Notes under the pieces: generated by a model
Database searches by the model: none
What the model was told of the DNA's origin: nothing
The model's input: only the letters and a program-made list of their open reading frames with translations
Made by a program: the position numbers and the translations under genes
Assembly (NCBI GenBank): GCA_041690135.1
Contig: JAWLHY010000001.1
Location: 64,001-128,000 of the forward strand
From: Armatimonadota bacterium
GTDB lineage: Bacteria > Armatimonadota > SYMT01
DNA length: 64,000 nucleotides
Reading direction: 5' to 3'
Shown: positions 49,238 to 57,777 of the stretch, piece after piece
Numbering within the stretch: position 1 is the first letter of the stretch
How the letters are laid out: every line of letters begins with the position of its first letter

Positions 49238-50515
49238 TCACCTCCGGATGATGGCGTCGCGGCGGGGGCCGACGGAGAGCCAGCGGATGGGGACCTGGAT
49301 CAGGCTCTCGATTCGCTCCACGTAGTCGCGGGCCGCGGCGGGAAGCTCCGCGTACTCCCGGATGCCGGAAATGTCGGTCTTCCAGCCGGGCAGGGTCTCG
49401 TAGACGGGCCGGGCCTTCTCCAGGCGGGCGTTGACCGGGAACTCCGTGGTCCTTTCGCCGTCCACCTCATAGGCGGTGCAGACGGGGATCTCGTCCCGGT
49501 AGCCGAGGACGTCGAGGAGGGTCAGCGCGACCTCCGTGGCGCCCTGGACGCGGCAGCCGTAGCGGGTGGCGACGGCGTCGAACCAGCCCATGCGGCGGGG
49601 GCGGCCGGTGGTGGCGCCGAACTCACCGGCGTCACCGCCCCGGGTGCGCAGCTCGTCACCTTCGGGCCCCTCGATCTCCGTAACGAACGGTCCGGCGCCC
49701 ACGCAGCTCGAGTAGGCCTTGGCGACGGCGATCACGCTGTCGATGGCGCCCACCGGCACGCCGGCGCCGACGGGAGCGTAACCGGCCAGGGTGGAAGAGG
49801 AAGTAGAAAAGGGATAGATGCCGTGGTCCGGATCCCGCAGGGCGCCGAGCTGTCCTTCCAGCAGGACCCGCTTCCCGGCGGCGAGCGCTTCGTGCAGGAG
49901 AAGGGTGGTGTCGCACACGAAGGGCCGGAGCTGGTCGGCCAGGGGGCTCAGCTCGTCGGCCAGGGCGCCGGCGTCAATCGGCTCGTGCCCGTACAACTCA
50001 CGGAAGAGGACGTTCTTCGGCTCCAGCGCCGTGGCAAGGCGGTCGCGCAGGCGCTCGGGGATCAGGAAGTCCGCGATCTGCACGCCCACCTTCAGGTATT
50101 TGTCCGCGTAAAACGGTGCAATCCCGGAGCGGGTGGAGCCGAACTTGCGGCTACCGAGGCGGTCTTCCTCCAGCCGGTCCAGCAGCACGTGGTACGGCAT
50201 CACCACCTGGGCGCGCTCGGAGACGCACAGCTTCGGCGCCGGCACCCCGCGCGAGGTGAGGCTTTCCACCTCCCGGACCAGCGCCGCTACGTCCACCGCC
50301 ACGCCGGGTCCGAGCACGTTGGTGACGTGCGGGTAGAAAACCCCGGAAGGCAGCAGGTGCAGGGCGAACTTGCCGTAGTGGTTGATGACTGTATGGCCCG
50401 CGTTGCTGCCCCCCTGGTAGCGGACGACGTAGTCCGCCTCGGCAGCAAAGCAGTCGGTCATCTTCCCTTTACCTTCGTCGCCCCAGTTGGCTCCTACGAT
50501 CGCGGTGGCGCTCAT
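49238..50515 (-). CDS. purA: Adenylosuccinate synthetase
   Basis: WGDEGKGK, QGGSNAGHT, GATTGRPRR, LSVGP. Confidence 0.97.
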   Translation of the reverse strand: MSATAIVGANWGDEGKGKMTDCFAAEADYVVRYQGGSNAGHTVINHYGKFALHLLPSGVFYPHVTNVLGPGVAVDVAALVREVESLTSRGVPAPKLCVSERAQVVMPYHVLLDRLEEDRLGSRKFGSTRSGIAPFYADKYLKVGVQIADFLIPERLRDRLATALEPKNVLFRELYGHEPIDAGALADELSPLADQLRPFVCDTTLLLHEALAAGKRVLLEGQLGALRDPDHGIYPFSTSSSTLAGYAPVGAGVPVGAIDSVIAVAKAYSSCVGAGPFVTEIEGPEGDELRTRGGDAGEFGATTGRPRRMGWFDAVATRYGCRVQGATEVALTLLDVLGYRDEIPVCTAYEVDGERTTEFPVNARLEKARPVYETLPGWKTDISGIREYAELPAAARDYVERIESLIQVPIRWLSVGPRRDAIIRR

Positions 50516-50663
50516 CCGTAACTCTCCCCATAAGAAACACTACGCTATTCAACTTCGGCAGGCAGCATCGCCTTCTCTCGCCGTGCCCACACATCTTTAA
50601 CCCACCCGACGATATAAATCCAGTGAATAATCGGAATGCAATCGATGCGCGTGAGGTATACCG

Positions 50664-51548
50664 GTGGAATTGTTTCAACTGCGGAGCCTGGTCCGGGTAG
50701 CGGAGGAGGGAAGCGTCACCCGCGCGGCGGAGTCGCTCTGCCTCACACAGCCGGCCGTCTCCCGTCACATCCAGGCGTTGGAGCAGGAGTTGGGCGTGAG
50801 CCTGTTCGAGCGGACGGAGCGGGGGATGCGGCTCACCCCGGCCGGCACGGCGCTGCGGGACCACGCCCGCCGGAGCCTGGCGATCCTGGAAGAGGGCCGG
50901 CGCCTCATCGCGGAGCTGGAGGACGGCGCCGCGGGTCGGCTGACCCTGGGGGCGGGAGTCACCACCAGCATCTTCCGCCTGCCGGCGCTGCTGCGCATCT
51001 TTCGGGAGGCCTACCCGCGCGTGGACGTGGTGGTGCGAACCGGTCGCAGCCGGGAGATCGCGCAGTTCGTGATGGACCGGGAGGTGGAAGTCGGCCTGGT
51101 CACCTCGCCGCAGCAATCCCCCGAGCTGGAGACGGTGGGGCTGTTCGACGAGGAGATCTTGCTGGTCACTCCGCCGGGGCTAGGACCCGCGGAGCCGGGA
51201 GAGCTCACGCCCGCGCAGTTCCAGTCGCTGCCCCTGATCCTCTTTTCCCGCAACACCGGGTTCCGGGGTTACCTGGACCGCGTCTTCAGCGAGAGCCAGC
51301 TCGCGCCCTCGGTGAAGATGGAGAGCGACAGCGTGGAGGCGATCAAGAGCTTCGTCACGGTAGGGCTGGGAGCTTCGTTCCTGCCGGAGTCCAGCGTGCG
51401 CGCGGAGATTGCCGCGGGCGCCCTTCACAGCCGGTGCGTGGAGCGGCTGCCCCGGCTCGCGCGGCGGACCTCCGCGATTTACCGGCGCGACCGGCAACTG
51501 CCGTTCGCGGCGCGCGAGTTCCTCCAGGTGCTCCAGCCCGGCGCTTAA
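50664..51548 (+). CDS. LysR family transcriptional regulator, divergent from purA
   Basis: GSVTRAAESLCLTQPAVSRHIQALEQELGVSLFER; LysR substrate domain. Confidence 0.95.
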   Translation: MELFQLRSLVRVAEEGSVTRAAESLCLTQPAVSRHIQALEQELGVSLFERTERGMRLTPAGTALRDHARRSLAILEEGRRLIAELEDGAAGRLTLGAGVTTSIFRLPALLRIFREAYPRVDVVVRTGRSREIAQFVMDREVEVGLVTSPQQSPELETVGLFDEEILLVTPPGLGPAEPGELTPAQFQSLPLILFSRNTGFRGYLDRVFSESQLAPSVKMESDSVEAIKSFVTVGLGASFLPESSVRAEIAAGALHSRCVERLPRLARRTSAIYRRDRQLPFAAREFLQVLQPGA

Positions 51549-51718
51549 CCCAGCGTTAATCTCGCGGAAATGCCTTCACAACCTGGGGATGCGATTTTAT
51601 ACCTCATGGTGTGAAGAGCGGGAGTGGAGCCGGTTCGGGAGTAGCACCGGCAGTGGATCGCGGCGGATCGCCTTGCCCACGGCCCCGCTCGAGAGAAGAA
51701 TTCAGGAAAGGAACACCC

Positions 51719-54382
51719 GTGATCGTTGAAGCCACACCGGGAAGCACGGACGAGCGCTCCCTGTTGCTGACCCTGGAGGAGATCAGCCACCTGGCCGCCC
51801 ACGACGGCGAGCCCACGGCCACGCTGCAGAACATCGTGCAATTGATCCAGGGCCGCTTCCGCACGGACGTTTGTTCCGTGTACCTGCTGGAGCCGGACCG
51901 GGCGCACCTGGTGCTCGCGGCGACGGTGGGCCTGCGCGCGGAGAGCGTGGGCAAGGTGCGGATGTCGCTGAAGGAGGGCCTGGCAGGACTGGTGGCGGAG
52001 CGGTTGGAGCCGGTGGTGGTGGCGGACGCCACTTCCCATCCGCGCTTCAAGTACTTCGAGGAGGCCGGAGAGGACCTCTACCACTCCTTCCTGGGCATTC
52101 CGCTGCTGGACGGCAACCTGATCCAGGGGGTGCTGGTGGTGCAAACCGCCGAGCCGCGCACCTTTTCGGAGGCGGAGGTGCGAATGCTGGTGGCCGCGAG
52201 CCGCCAGTTGGGGTCCGTGGTCTGCGAGGCGCGGGCGCAGCAGCAGTTTACCTCTCGGGCCCACGAGCGCCTCTGGGATCTGGCCCGCAACCTGTGGTGG
52301 AGCTGGTACCCGAACGGCGCGGATGTGTTCCGGGAGATCGATCCGGTGTTGTGGGGGGAGGTGCGGCACAACCCGGTCGCCTTCCTGAAGCAGATCCCGT
52401 ACAAGCAGTTAGAAGAGCTGGCGGGACAGATCATGCAGAACGGCCGCATCAACCACGAGCACCGGCGCCTCCAGGAGTACCTCCGCTCCGAGAAGACCTG
52501 GGGGGCGACCCACTGCGGCGTACTGCGCGCTCGCCCCGTGGCCTACTTCTCCGCGGAGTTCGGCCTGCACGAGTCGATGCCGATCTACTCCGGCGGCCTG
52601 GGGGTGCTGGCGGGGGACCACATCAAGAGCGCCTCGGACCTGGGTATCCCGCTGGTGGCGGTGGGCCTGCTCTACAAGGAAGGCTACTTCCGGCAGCGGA
52701 TCGACCAGACCGGTCTGCAGCAGGAAGAGTACCTCCGTGTGAAGACCGAGGAGCTTCCCCTGGAACTGGCGGTGGGGAAGGACGGTCGCCCGGTGGAGAT
52801 CCGCATCCACACCCGCGGCGGCAGCCTGGCCGCGCGCGTGTGGAAGGTGGCGGTGGGGCGGACCACCCTGCTGCTGCTGGACTCCGACGTGGAGGGGAAT
52901 GCCGCGGAGGACCGGGAGTTGACCGCCCGTCTCTATGGTGGCGACAACCGGGTGCGTATCCGCCAGGAGCTGCTGCTGGGTGTGGGCGGGGTCCACGCGC
53001 TGCGGGCGATGGGGATCCAGCCGGGCGTCCTGCATCTCAACGAGGGCCACAGCGCCTTCGCCCCGCTGGAGGTGATGCGGGAGCGGATGGCCTCCGAAGG
53101 CATCGGGTTCGATGAGGCGGCGCGGCGGGTGTCGCGGATGACGGTCTTCACCACGCACACGCCCGTGCCCGCGGGCCACGACCGCTTCTCCCCGGAACTG
53201 GTGGAAGAGCACCTCGGACCTCTGCGGGACGGCCTGGGGATCTCCTACGAGCACCTGGTCGGGCTGGGACGCGTGAACCCCTGGGACGGGGGCGAAGAGT
53301 TCTGCATGACGGTCCTCGCGCTGAAGCATTCCCGCCGGGCGAACGCGGTCTCGTCGCTGCACGGCGAGGTCTCGCGGTCGATGTGGTCCTGCATGTGGCC
53401 CGGTCGCCCCGAGGACGAAGTGCCGATCGGTCACATCACCAACGGCGTGCACGTGCTGACCTGGCTGGCGCCGGCCATGCACCAGACCTACTCCCGCTAC
53501 CTGGGGCCGAACTGGTTCGTCCGCAGCGGCGAGCCGGAGGTATGGGGCGAGATCGAAGGGGTGGACGACGGGGAGCTGTGGGAGACGCACGTCGCCCTGA
53601 AGGCCCGCCTGATCTCCTTTGTCCGGAAAGCGGCGGCGCGCCAGGCGGTGCGGCGCGGGGAGTCGCAGGAGGTGGTGGAGCAGCTCTGCCGGGCGATGAG
53701 CCTGGACGCGCTCACCATCGGCTTTGCCCGGCGGTTCGCCACCTACAAGCGGGCCAACCTGCTCTTCCACGACCTGGAGCGGATGGTGGAGCTGGTCAAC
53801 GACTCGCGCCGGCCGATCCAGATCGTCTTCGCCGGGAAGGCGCACCCGCGGGACTGGCCGGGCAAGGAGATGCTCCGGGAGATCTTCAAGGTCACCCGCG
53901 ACCCGCGGTTCCTCGGCAAGGTGGTATTCCTGGAGAACTACGACATCAACGTGGCTCGGCACCTGATCCAGGGTGTGGACGTGTGGCTCAACAACCCCCG
54001 GCGTCCCCTGGAGGCCTCCGGCACCAGCGGTCAGAAGGTGGTCCTCAACGGCGGCCTCAACCTCTCCGTCCTCGACGGCTGGTGGGCGGAAGCGTACGAC
54101 GGGGAGAACGGGTTTGCCATCGGCCACGGCGAAACCCACAGTAACCTGGAGATCCACGACCGCCGCGACACGGAAGCGCTCATGGAGACTCTCACCCGCG
54201 AGGTGATCCCCCTCTACTACCAGCGCGACCCGGACGGGCTGCCGCGGGCGTGGGTCGCCCGGATGAAGCGCGCCATCCGCACCCTCGGCTGGCGCTTCAA
54301 CGCGGACCGAATGGTGATGGATTACGTGAGGCACTGCTACGTCCCCGCCGCGGGAGGCACCTCGAGCGCGATGCCACGCTGA
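51719..54382 (+). CDS. glgP: Alpha-glucan phosphorylase with an N-terminal GAF domain
   Basis: YSGGLGVLAGD, HLNEGH, ARRFATYKR, PLP motif EASGTSGQK; N-terminal PtsP-like GAF (CSVYL, LAATVGL, EGLAGLV, SFLGIPL). Confidence 0.95.
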   Translation: MIVEATPGSTDERSLLLTLEEISHLAAHDGEPTATLQNIVQLIQGRFRTDVCSVYLLEPDRAHLVLAATVGLRAESVGKVRMSLKEGLAGLVAERLEPVVVADATSHPRFKYFEEAGEDLYHSFLGIPLLDGNLIQGVLVVQTAEPRTFSEAEVRMLVAASRQLGSVVCEARAQQQFTSRAHERLWDLARNLWWSWYPNGADVFREIDPVLWGEVRHNPVAFLKQIPYKQLEELAGQIMQNGRINHEHRRLQEYLRSEKTWGATHCGVLRARPVAYFSAEFGLHESMPIYSGGLGVLAGDHIKSASDLGIPLVAVGLLYKEGYFRQRIDQTGLQQEEYLRVKTEELPLELAVGKDGRPVEIRIHTRGGSLAARVWKVAVGRTTLLLLDSDVEGNAAEDRELTARLYGGDNRVRIRQELLLGVGGVHALRAMGIQPGVLHLNEGHSAFAPLEVMRERMASEGIGFDEAARRVSRMTVFTTHTPVPAGHDRFSPELVEEHLGPLRDGLGISYEHLVGLGRVNPWDGGEEFCMTVLALKHSRRANAVSSLHGEVSRSMWSCMWPGRPEDEVPIGHITNGVHVLTWLAPAMHQTYSRYLGPNWFVRSGEPEVWGEIEGVDDGELWETHVALKARLISFVRKAAARQAVRRGESQEVVEQLCRAMSLDALTIGFARRFATYKRANLLFHDLERMVELVNDSRRPIQIVFAGKAHPRDWPGKEMLREIFKVTRDPRFLGKVVFLENYDINVARHLIQGVDVWLNNPRRPLEASGTSGQKVVLNGGLNLSVLDGWWAEAYDGENGFAIGHGETHSNLEIHDRRDTEALMETLTREVIPLYYQRDPDGLPRAWVARMKRAIRTLGWRFNADRMVMDYVRHCYVPAAGGTSSAMPR

Positions 54383-54587
54383 ACGGATAAAGATGAAGAT
54401 AAGGATAAAGAGGTGGGTCGCGCCTCGGTGGTTGATGAGGCGTGACGGCGGCGCACGTGTCGATGCCGACGTAATGCGTATTGCGTGATGCGTAAGGGAA
54501 CCGTTGGCGTGTTGCGTGAGGCGTAATGTGTGAGGGGACGTAGTGGGCGGGTGCGGGGGCAGAGTGGGTGCCTCGCTTGAGCTCATG

Positions 54588-54650
54588 AGACGTAAGACGT
54601 AAGACGTAAGACGTAAGACGTAAGACGTAAGACGTAAGACGTGAAACGTG
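54588..54650. repeat. Heptamer tandem repeat (AGACGTA)~8
   Basis: Directly visible. Confidence 0.9.
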
Positions 54651-54781
54651 AGGCTCGGGGCAGGGCCGGTCCGATTGGCCAGGACGGGGTGCGCGGCACT
54701 TGCCGCGAACGCTCGCCCTGGCCCCATTGACACATCCGATGCGCCGTCCGGGAGGGTGGCAAGACTCGTCACTCAGGGTGG

Positions 54782-55191
54782 TGGGTTTGTCTTGCCAGGC
54801 GGTAGGCAGTTCGGGATCATGACCGGAGTCCCGCTGCCGGGTGCCCCTTGGGCGGGGGCCTTCGCGATAAGGGACTCCGGATCCAGTTGGGCCAAACCGC
54901 CCGCCGACCTTTGGGTCTCTGAAGCGGGGCGTTCGCGAATCGTGGTCCCCGGAAACCGTGCGAGTGAACCGTGTGTCGGCGTCTGGTCACCCTGGCGGGG
55001 GCGAGTCAGCCGTGGACAGGCTCCGGCAACCGGGTCGCGAAGGCCGGCCTCACAGCCGGACTCCGTCATGGGTCCCGAGGGTTCACCGGTAACCGGGACA
55101 GGCGTCAGAGTCTGGCATCCCCATCTCGTTAACCCACGAGCTAGCGCTGGGCAACTCGGGGTGGGCCGGTGGTTGGATATGAATTCCAGGC
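54782..55191 (+). ncRNA. Candidate large structured ncRNA, copy 1 (3'-truncated)
   Basis: Long-range helices 54817-54831/55058-55070 and 54857-54867/55035-55045; similar to copy 2 with structure-preserving changes; no credible ORF. Confidence 0.6.
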
Positions 55192-55257
55192 GTAGCCAGT
55201 GCGCGGTGAGCGCCGCCATCCACCTGGGCGAGATGCCTCCCCGACGGTGTGGAGTTG
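55192..55257 (+). pseudogene. Relic fragment of the downstream rplY-like gene
   Basis: 55210-55234 is identical (25 bp) to 56333-56357; flanks similar, with indels. Confidence 0.8.
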
Positions 55258-55263
55258 TGATGA

Positions 55264-55831
55264 TGGGCTTGTCTTGCCAGGCGGTAGGCTGAATTGGTTC
55301 ATGACCGGAGTCCCGCTGCGAGGCGGGCCTTCGCGATAAGCGATTCCGGATCCTATCGGAGTGAACCGCTCGCCGACCACGACTTCACAGACGGCAACGC
55401 ACTGGGTTTGGTAGACACGGCCTTTGGAAGTCTTAATCTCGGGATTGACGAGAGGTGAGCAGAACTCAAACCGCCGGCCTCAAGGGCAGGGACTCGTCTG
55501 GCATTGACGGGTGACGGCAACCGGGTCGCGAAGGCCGGCCTCACAGCCGGACTCCGTCATGAGTCCCGAGGGCTCACCGGTAACCGGGCCATGCGTTAAA
55601 GTCTGGCATCGCCATCTCGTTAACCCATCAGCTAACACTGGGTAACTGGGGGTGGGCTGTCGGTTGGGCATGGATTCCAGGCATACACAGTGGCTCCAAT
55701 CTGTCGGATCGGCCAAACTCCGGTATGATGAAGGCGAGATCCGAAACGGATCGGTGAAGCATTGGCGCGTTGCCCGTGGGGCCCCTGCTACTGGTGCTTG
55801 TTGAGCACTGGTGGTGGGGGCTTTCCGTTTT
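55264..55831 (+). ncRNA. Candidate large structured ncRNA / leader, copy 2 (up to ~570 nt)
   Basis: Helices 55299-55313/55549-55562 and 55326-55336/55526-55536; GNRA-type loops; GATCCGAAACGGATC hairpin; ends in a 19-bp stem. Confidence 0.65.
55781..55831 (+). terminator. Terminator-like 19-bp hairpin with a U-rich tail
   Basis: 55781-55799 pairs with 55803-55821 (6 G-U pairs, so it is valid only on the + strand), followed by TTTCCGTTTT. Confidence 0.55.
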
Positions 55832-55869
55832 CTGGCCCGGGCAGCCAACTTCAAGAAGGAGCACGCAGA

Positions 55870-56472
55870 ATGATCGGAACAGATCGCCCGCGGGTGACTG
55901 CTACCCCGCGACAGACCGGTAGCAAGGCGATGATCAAGGCCGTCCGCCGCAAGGGGGATGTGCCCGGGTCGCTCTACGGTCGGGACGTCGAACCCGTCTC
56001 CGTGCAGGTTTCGGCCCGCGTCCTGGGCGCTTATCTCGGTGCACACGGCTCGGGCGCTTTGATGGACCTGGACCTCGGTGGGCAGGTGATCCCCGTGGTC
56101 TTGAAGGAAGTCGATCGCGACGGGATGACCGGCGCCGTGTCGCATGTCTCGTTCCAGCGCATCGTGCTGAGCGAGGAACTGCAGGCCGCGATCCCCCTGC
56201 GATTTGAGGGGATCGACGAGCTGATCAAGAACGGACTGGTGCTGCAGACGCAGTTGGATGTGGTGGAGCTCCACGGCCGGGCGGACCGGCTCCCGGAAGT
56301 GCTGACGGTAGACGTGAGCCACTGCGCGGCGGGCGCCGCCATCCACCTGGGCGAGATCCCGCTTCCCGAAGGCGTGGAGCTGTCGCGAGATGCCACCATC
56401 GTTGCGGCCATCGTTACCTCGCCGCGAACGGGTGGTGAGGCGGCGACGGAAGCCGCTTTGCCGGAAGCCTAG
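55870..56472 (+). CDS. rplY: Ribosomal protein L25/Ctc family protein, divergent paralog
   Basis: VRRKGDVPGSLYG, VVLKEV, HVSF (canonical HxDF), C-terminal domain LPEVLTVDVS...IHLGEIPLPEGVEL; AAGGAG RBS. Confidence 0.88.
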   Translation: MIGTDRPRVTATPRQTGSKAMIKAVRRKGDVPGSLYGRDVEPVSVQVSARVLGAYLGAHGSGALMDLDLGGQVIPVVLKEVDRDGMTGAVSHVSFQRIVLSEELQAAIPLRFEGIDELIKNGLVLQTQLDVVELHGRADRLPEVLTVDVSHCAAGAAIHLGEIPLPEGVELSRDATIVAAIVTSPRTGGEAATEAALPEA

Positions 56473-56566
56473 TGAAATGTGGGGGGACGGGGTCGGGTAA
56501 TCGGTCTCGTCTCCCCCAAGGCGGGGCAACCGGAGTACCCACACCGGTTCTCCGCTTTGGTCTCTA

Positions 56567-57340
56567 TCAGTCCGGGGGCCCGGAGACCCACTTCAGACCA
56601 GAGGTCAGAAGAGAATGGGTGCTGGGGGTCTTCTCGGGGTGGGGACTAAAGCAGAGCACCCGGCCCATGCCAAAGCGGCCGGAAGCGATAGCGGTGGTGC
56701 CGATCATCACTCCGGAAGGGGCGCCCTTTTGTGCGATCTCGGACTCATAGGTCCCCAGGGGCTCGTAGTCCGGCACCTCCGGATCTCCGGCCGGGGCGAG
56801 GAGCGGTCCCTGCCAGTAGACGATCGTTTCCCGTTGCGAGGTCACGCCCAGGACTTTGCGGCCAGTCTCGGAGAGCCCCACCACCGTATCTCCATTGCCG
56901 CGTGCCCAGTGGGCCTTGTCGATCACCTTCGCGTCGAGGATGCGGAGCGACCAGGGGTAGTCGCAGGTCGCCAGGTAGGCGCCGGCGCAGATGCCGACGT
57001 AGCCGCCTCCCCCGCGCACGAACTCCCGGATCTTCTCGCGACCTTCTTCGCCCAGGGCGCGCCCCTGCCCGCCTCCGCTCCCTCCCGGCTGGATCAGCAC
57101 CTGGAAGCCCGCGAGCTTGCCGGCGCGGATCTCCTCGACCGTCACCGTCTCCACCTGGAAGTCCTTGAACTGCTCAAGAGCGGTGAGCAGGGTGCTCCGG
57201 CTGCGACTGGCACCCTGATCGGCGTACACGGCCACTCGCAGGGGAGACGGTGCTTCCGGTGCGGTGTCGGCGACTGCGGATGACAGCAGCCCCAGGATGC
57301 CCAGGGCGAGGCCGGTACTGCGAAAAGGAGGACGATACAT
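56567..57340 (-). CDS. Secreted BPL-N / class I glutamine amidotransferase-like protein
   Basis: QPGGSG, GICAGAY, SPHPE; signal peptide. Confidence 0.82.
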   Translation of the reverse strand: MYRPPFRSTGLALGILGLLSSAVADTAPEAPSPLRVAVYADQGASRSRSTLLTALEQFKDFQVETVTVEEIRAGKLAGFQVLIQPGGSGGGQGRALGEEGREKIREFVRGGGGYVGICAGAYLATCDYPWSLRILDAKVIDKAHWARGNGDTVVGLSETGRKVLGVTSQRETIVYWQGPLLAPAGDPEVPDYEPLGTYESEIAQKGAPSGVMIGTTAIASGRFGMGRVLCFSPHPEKTPSTHSLLTSGLKWVSGPPD

Positions 57341-57777
57341 GGCGGAGTTCCTCGAAAGGCGACGGTCTCAGGAATTGGCGGGAGTGACGGCGGCTTCCTG
57401 CTGGGAGTGTAGCGCAGTCACCTTAACGCATCCTGATGACAACGCGGTGGGAACGAACCACGAAGACACGAAGGACACGACGAAGGGGCAGAAAGGATGA
57501 AGATGCCTTCGGCCGACTTGGATGAGGATTACGATTATGATAAGGACCGCAGGGCACCAGAGAGCTGAGGGGTTAAAGAAGGAACTCGGTGTTGAGTGAG
57601 GATAATGAACACCACGGTAGAGAGCTCGCTCCATTCTTGAAGACGCGCGATCTTCCGCTTTCTTTTCATCCTCTTCCGCGTCCATCCCATACGGGCGCGG
57701 GAACATACGGTTCGTAATCTCTTTGGGGCATTCATCGCTCCCGTTGCTTTCGAGCATTCCCATCCAGGAAACTCGTC

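Noticed and set aside
49238-50515. PurZ (diaminopurine pathway)
   Set aside because: Retains the catalytic Asp in GDEGKG; PurZ has Ser there
54728-54733. TTGACA as promoter of the candidate RNA
   Set aside because: No recognisable -10 box at 16-18 bp spacing
52409-54772. Long antisense ORFs (also 57535..59373, 45220..47028, 16948..18309)
   Set aside because: Shadow frames of well-supported genes, expected at high GC
54648-55544. ORFs 54648..55292, 54773..55219 and similar
   Set aside because: The duplicated copies differ by indels and conserve base pairing rather than reading frame
54782-55831. RNase P, tmRNA, SRP, 5S rRNA or group II intron
   Set aside because: No GAGGAAAGTCC, tRNA-like ends, SRP helix-8 motif or domain V seen on either strand by eye
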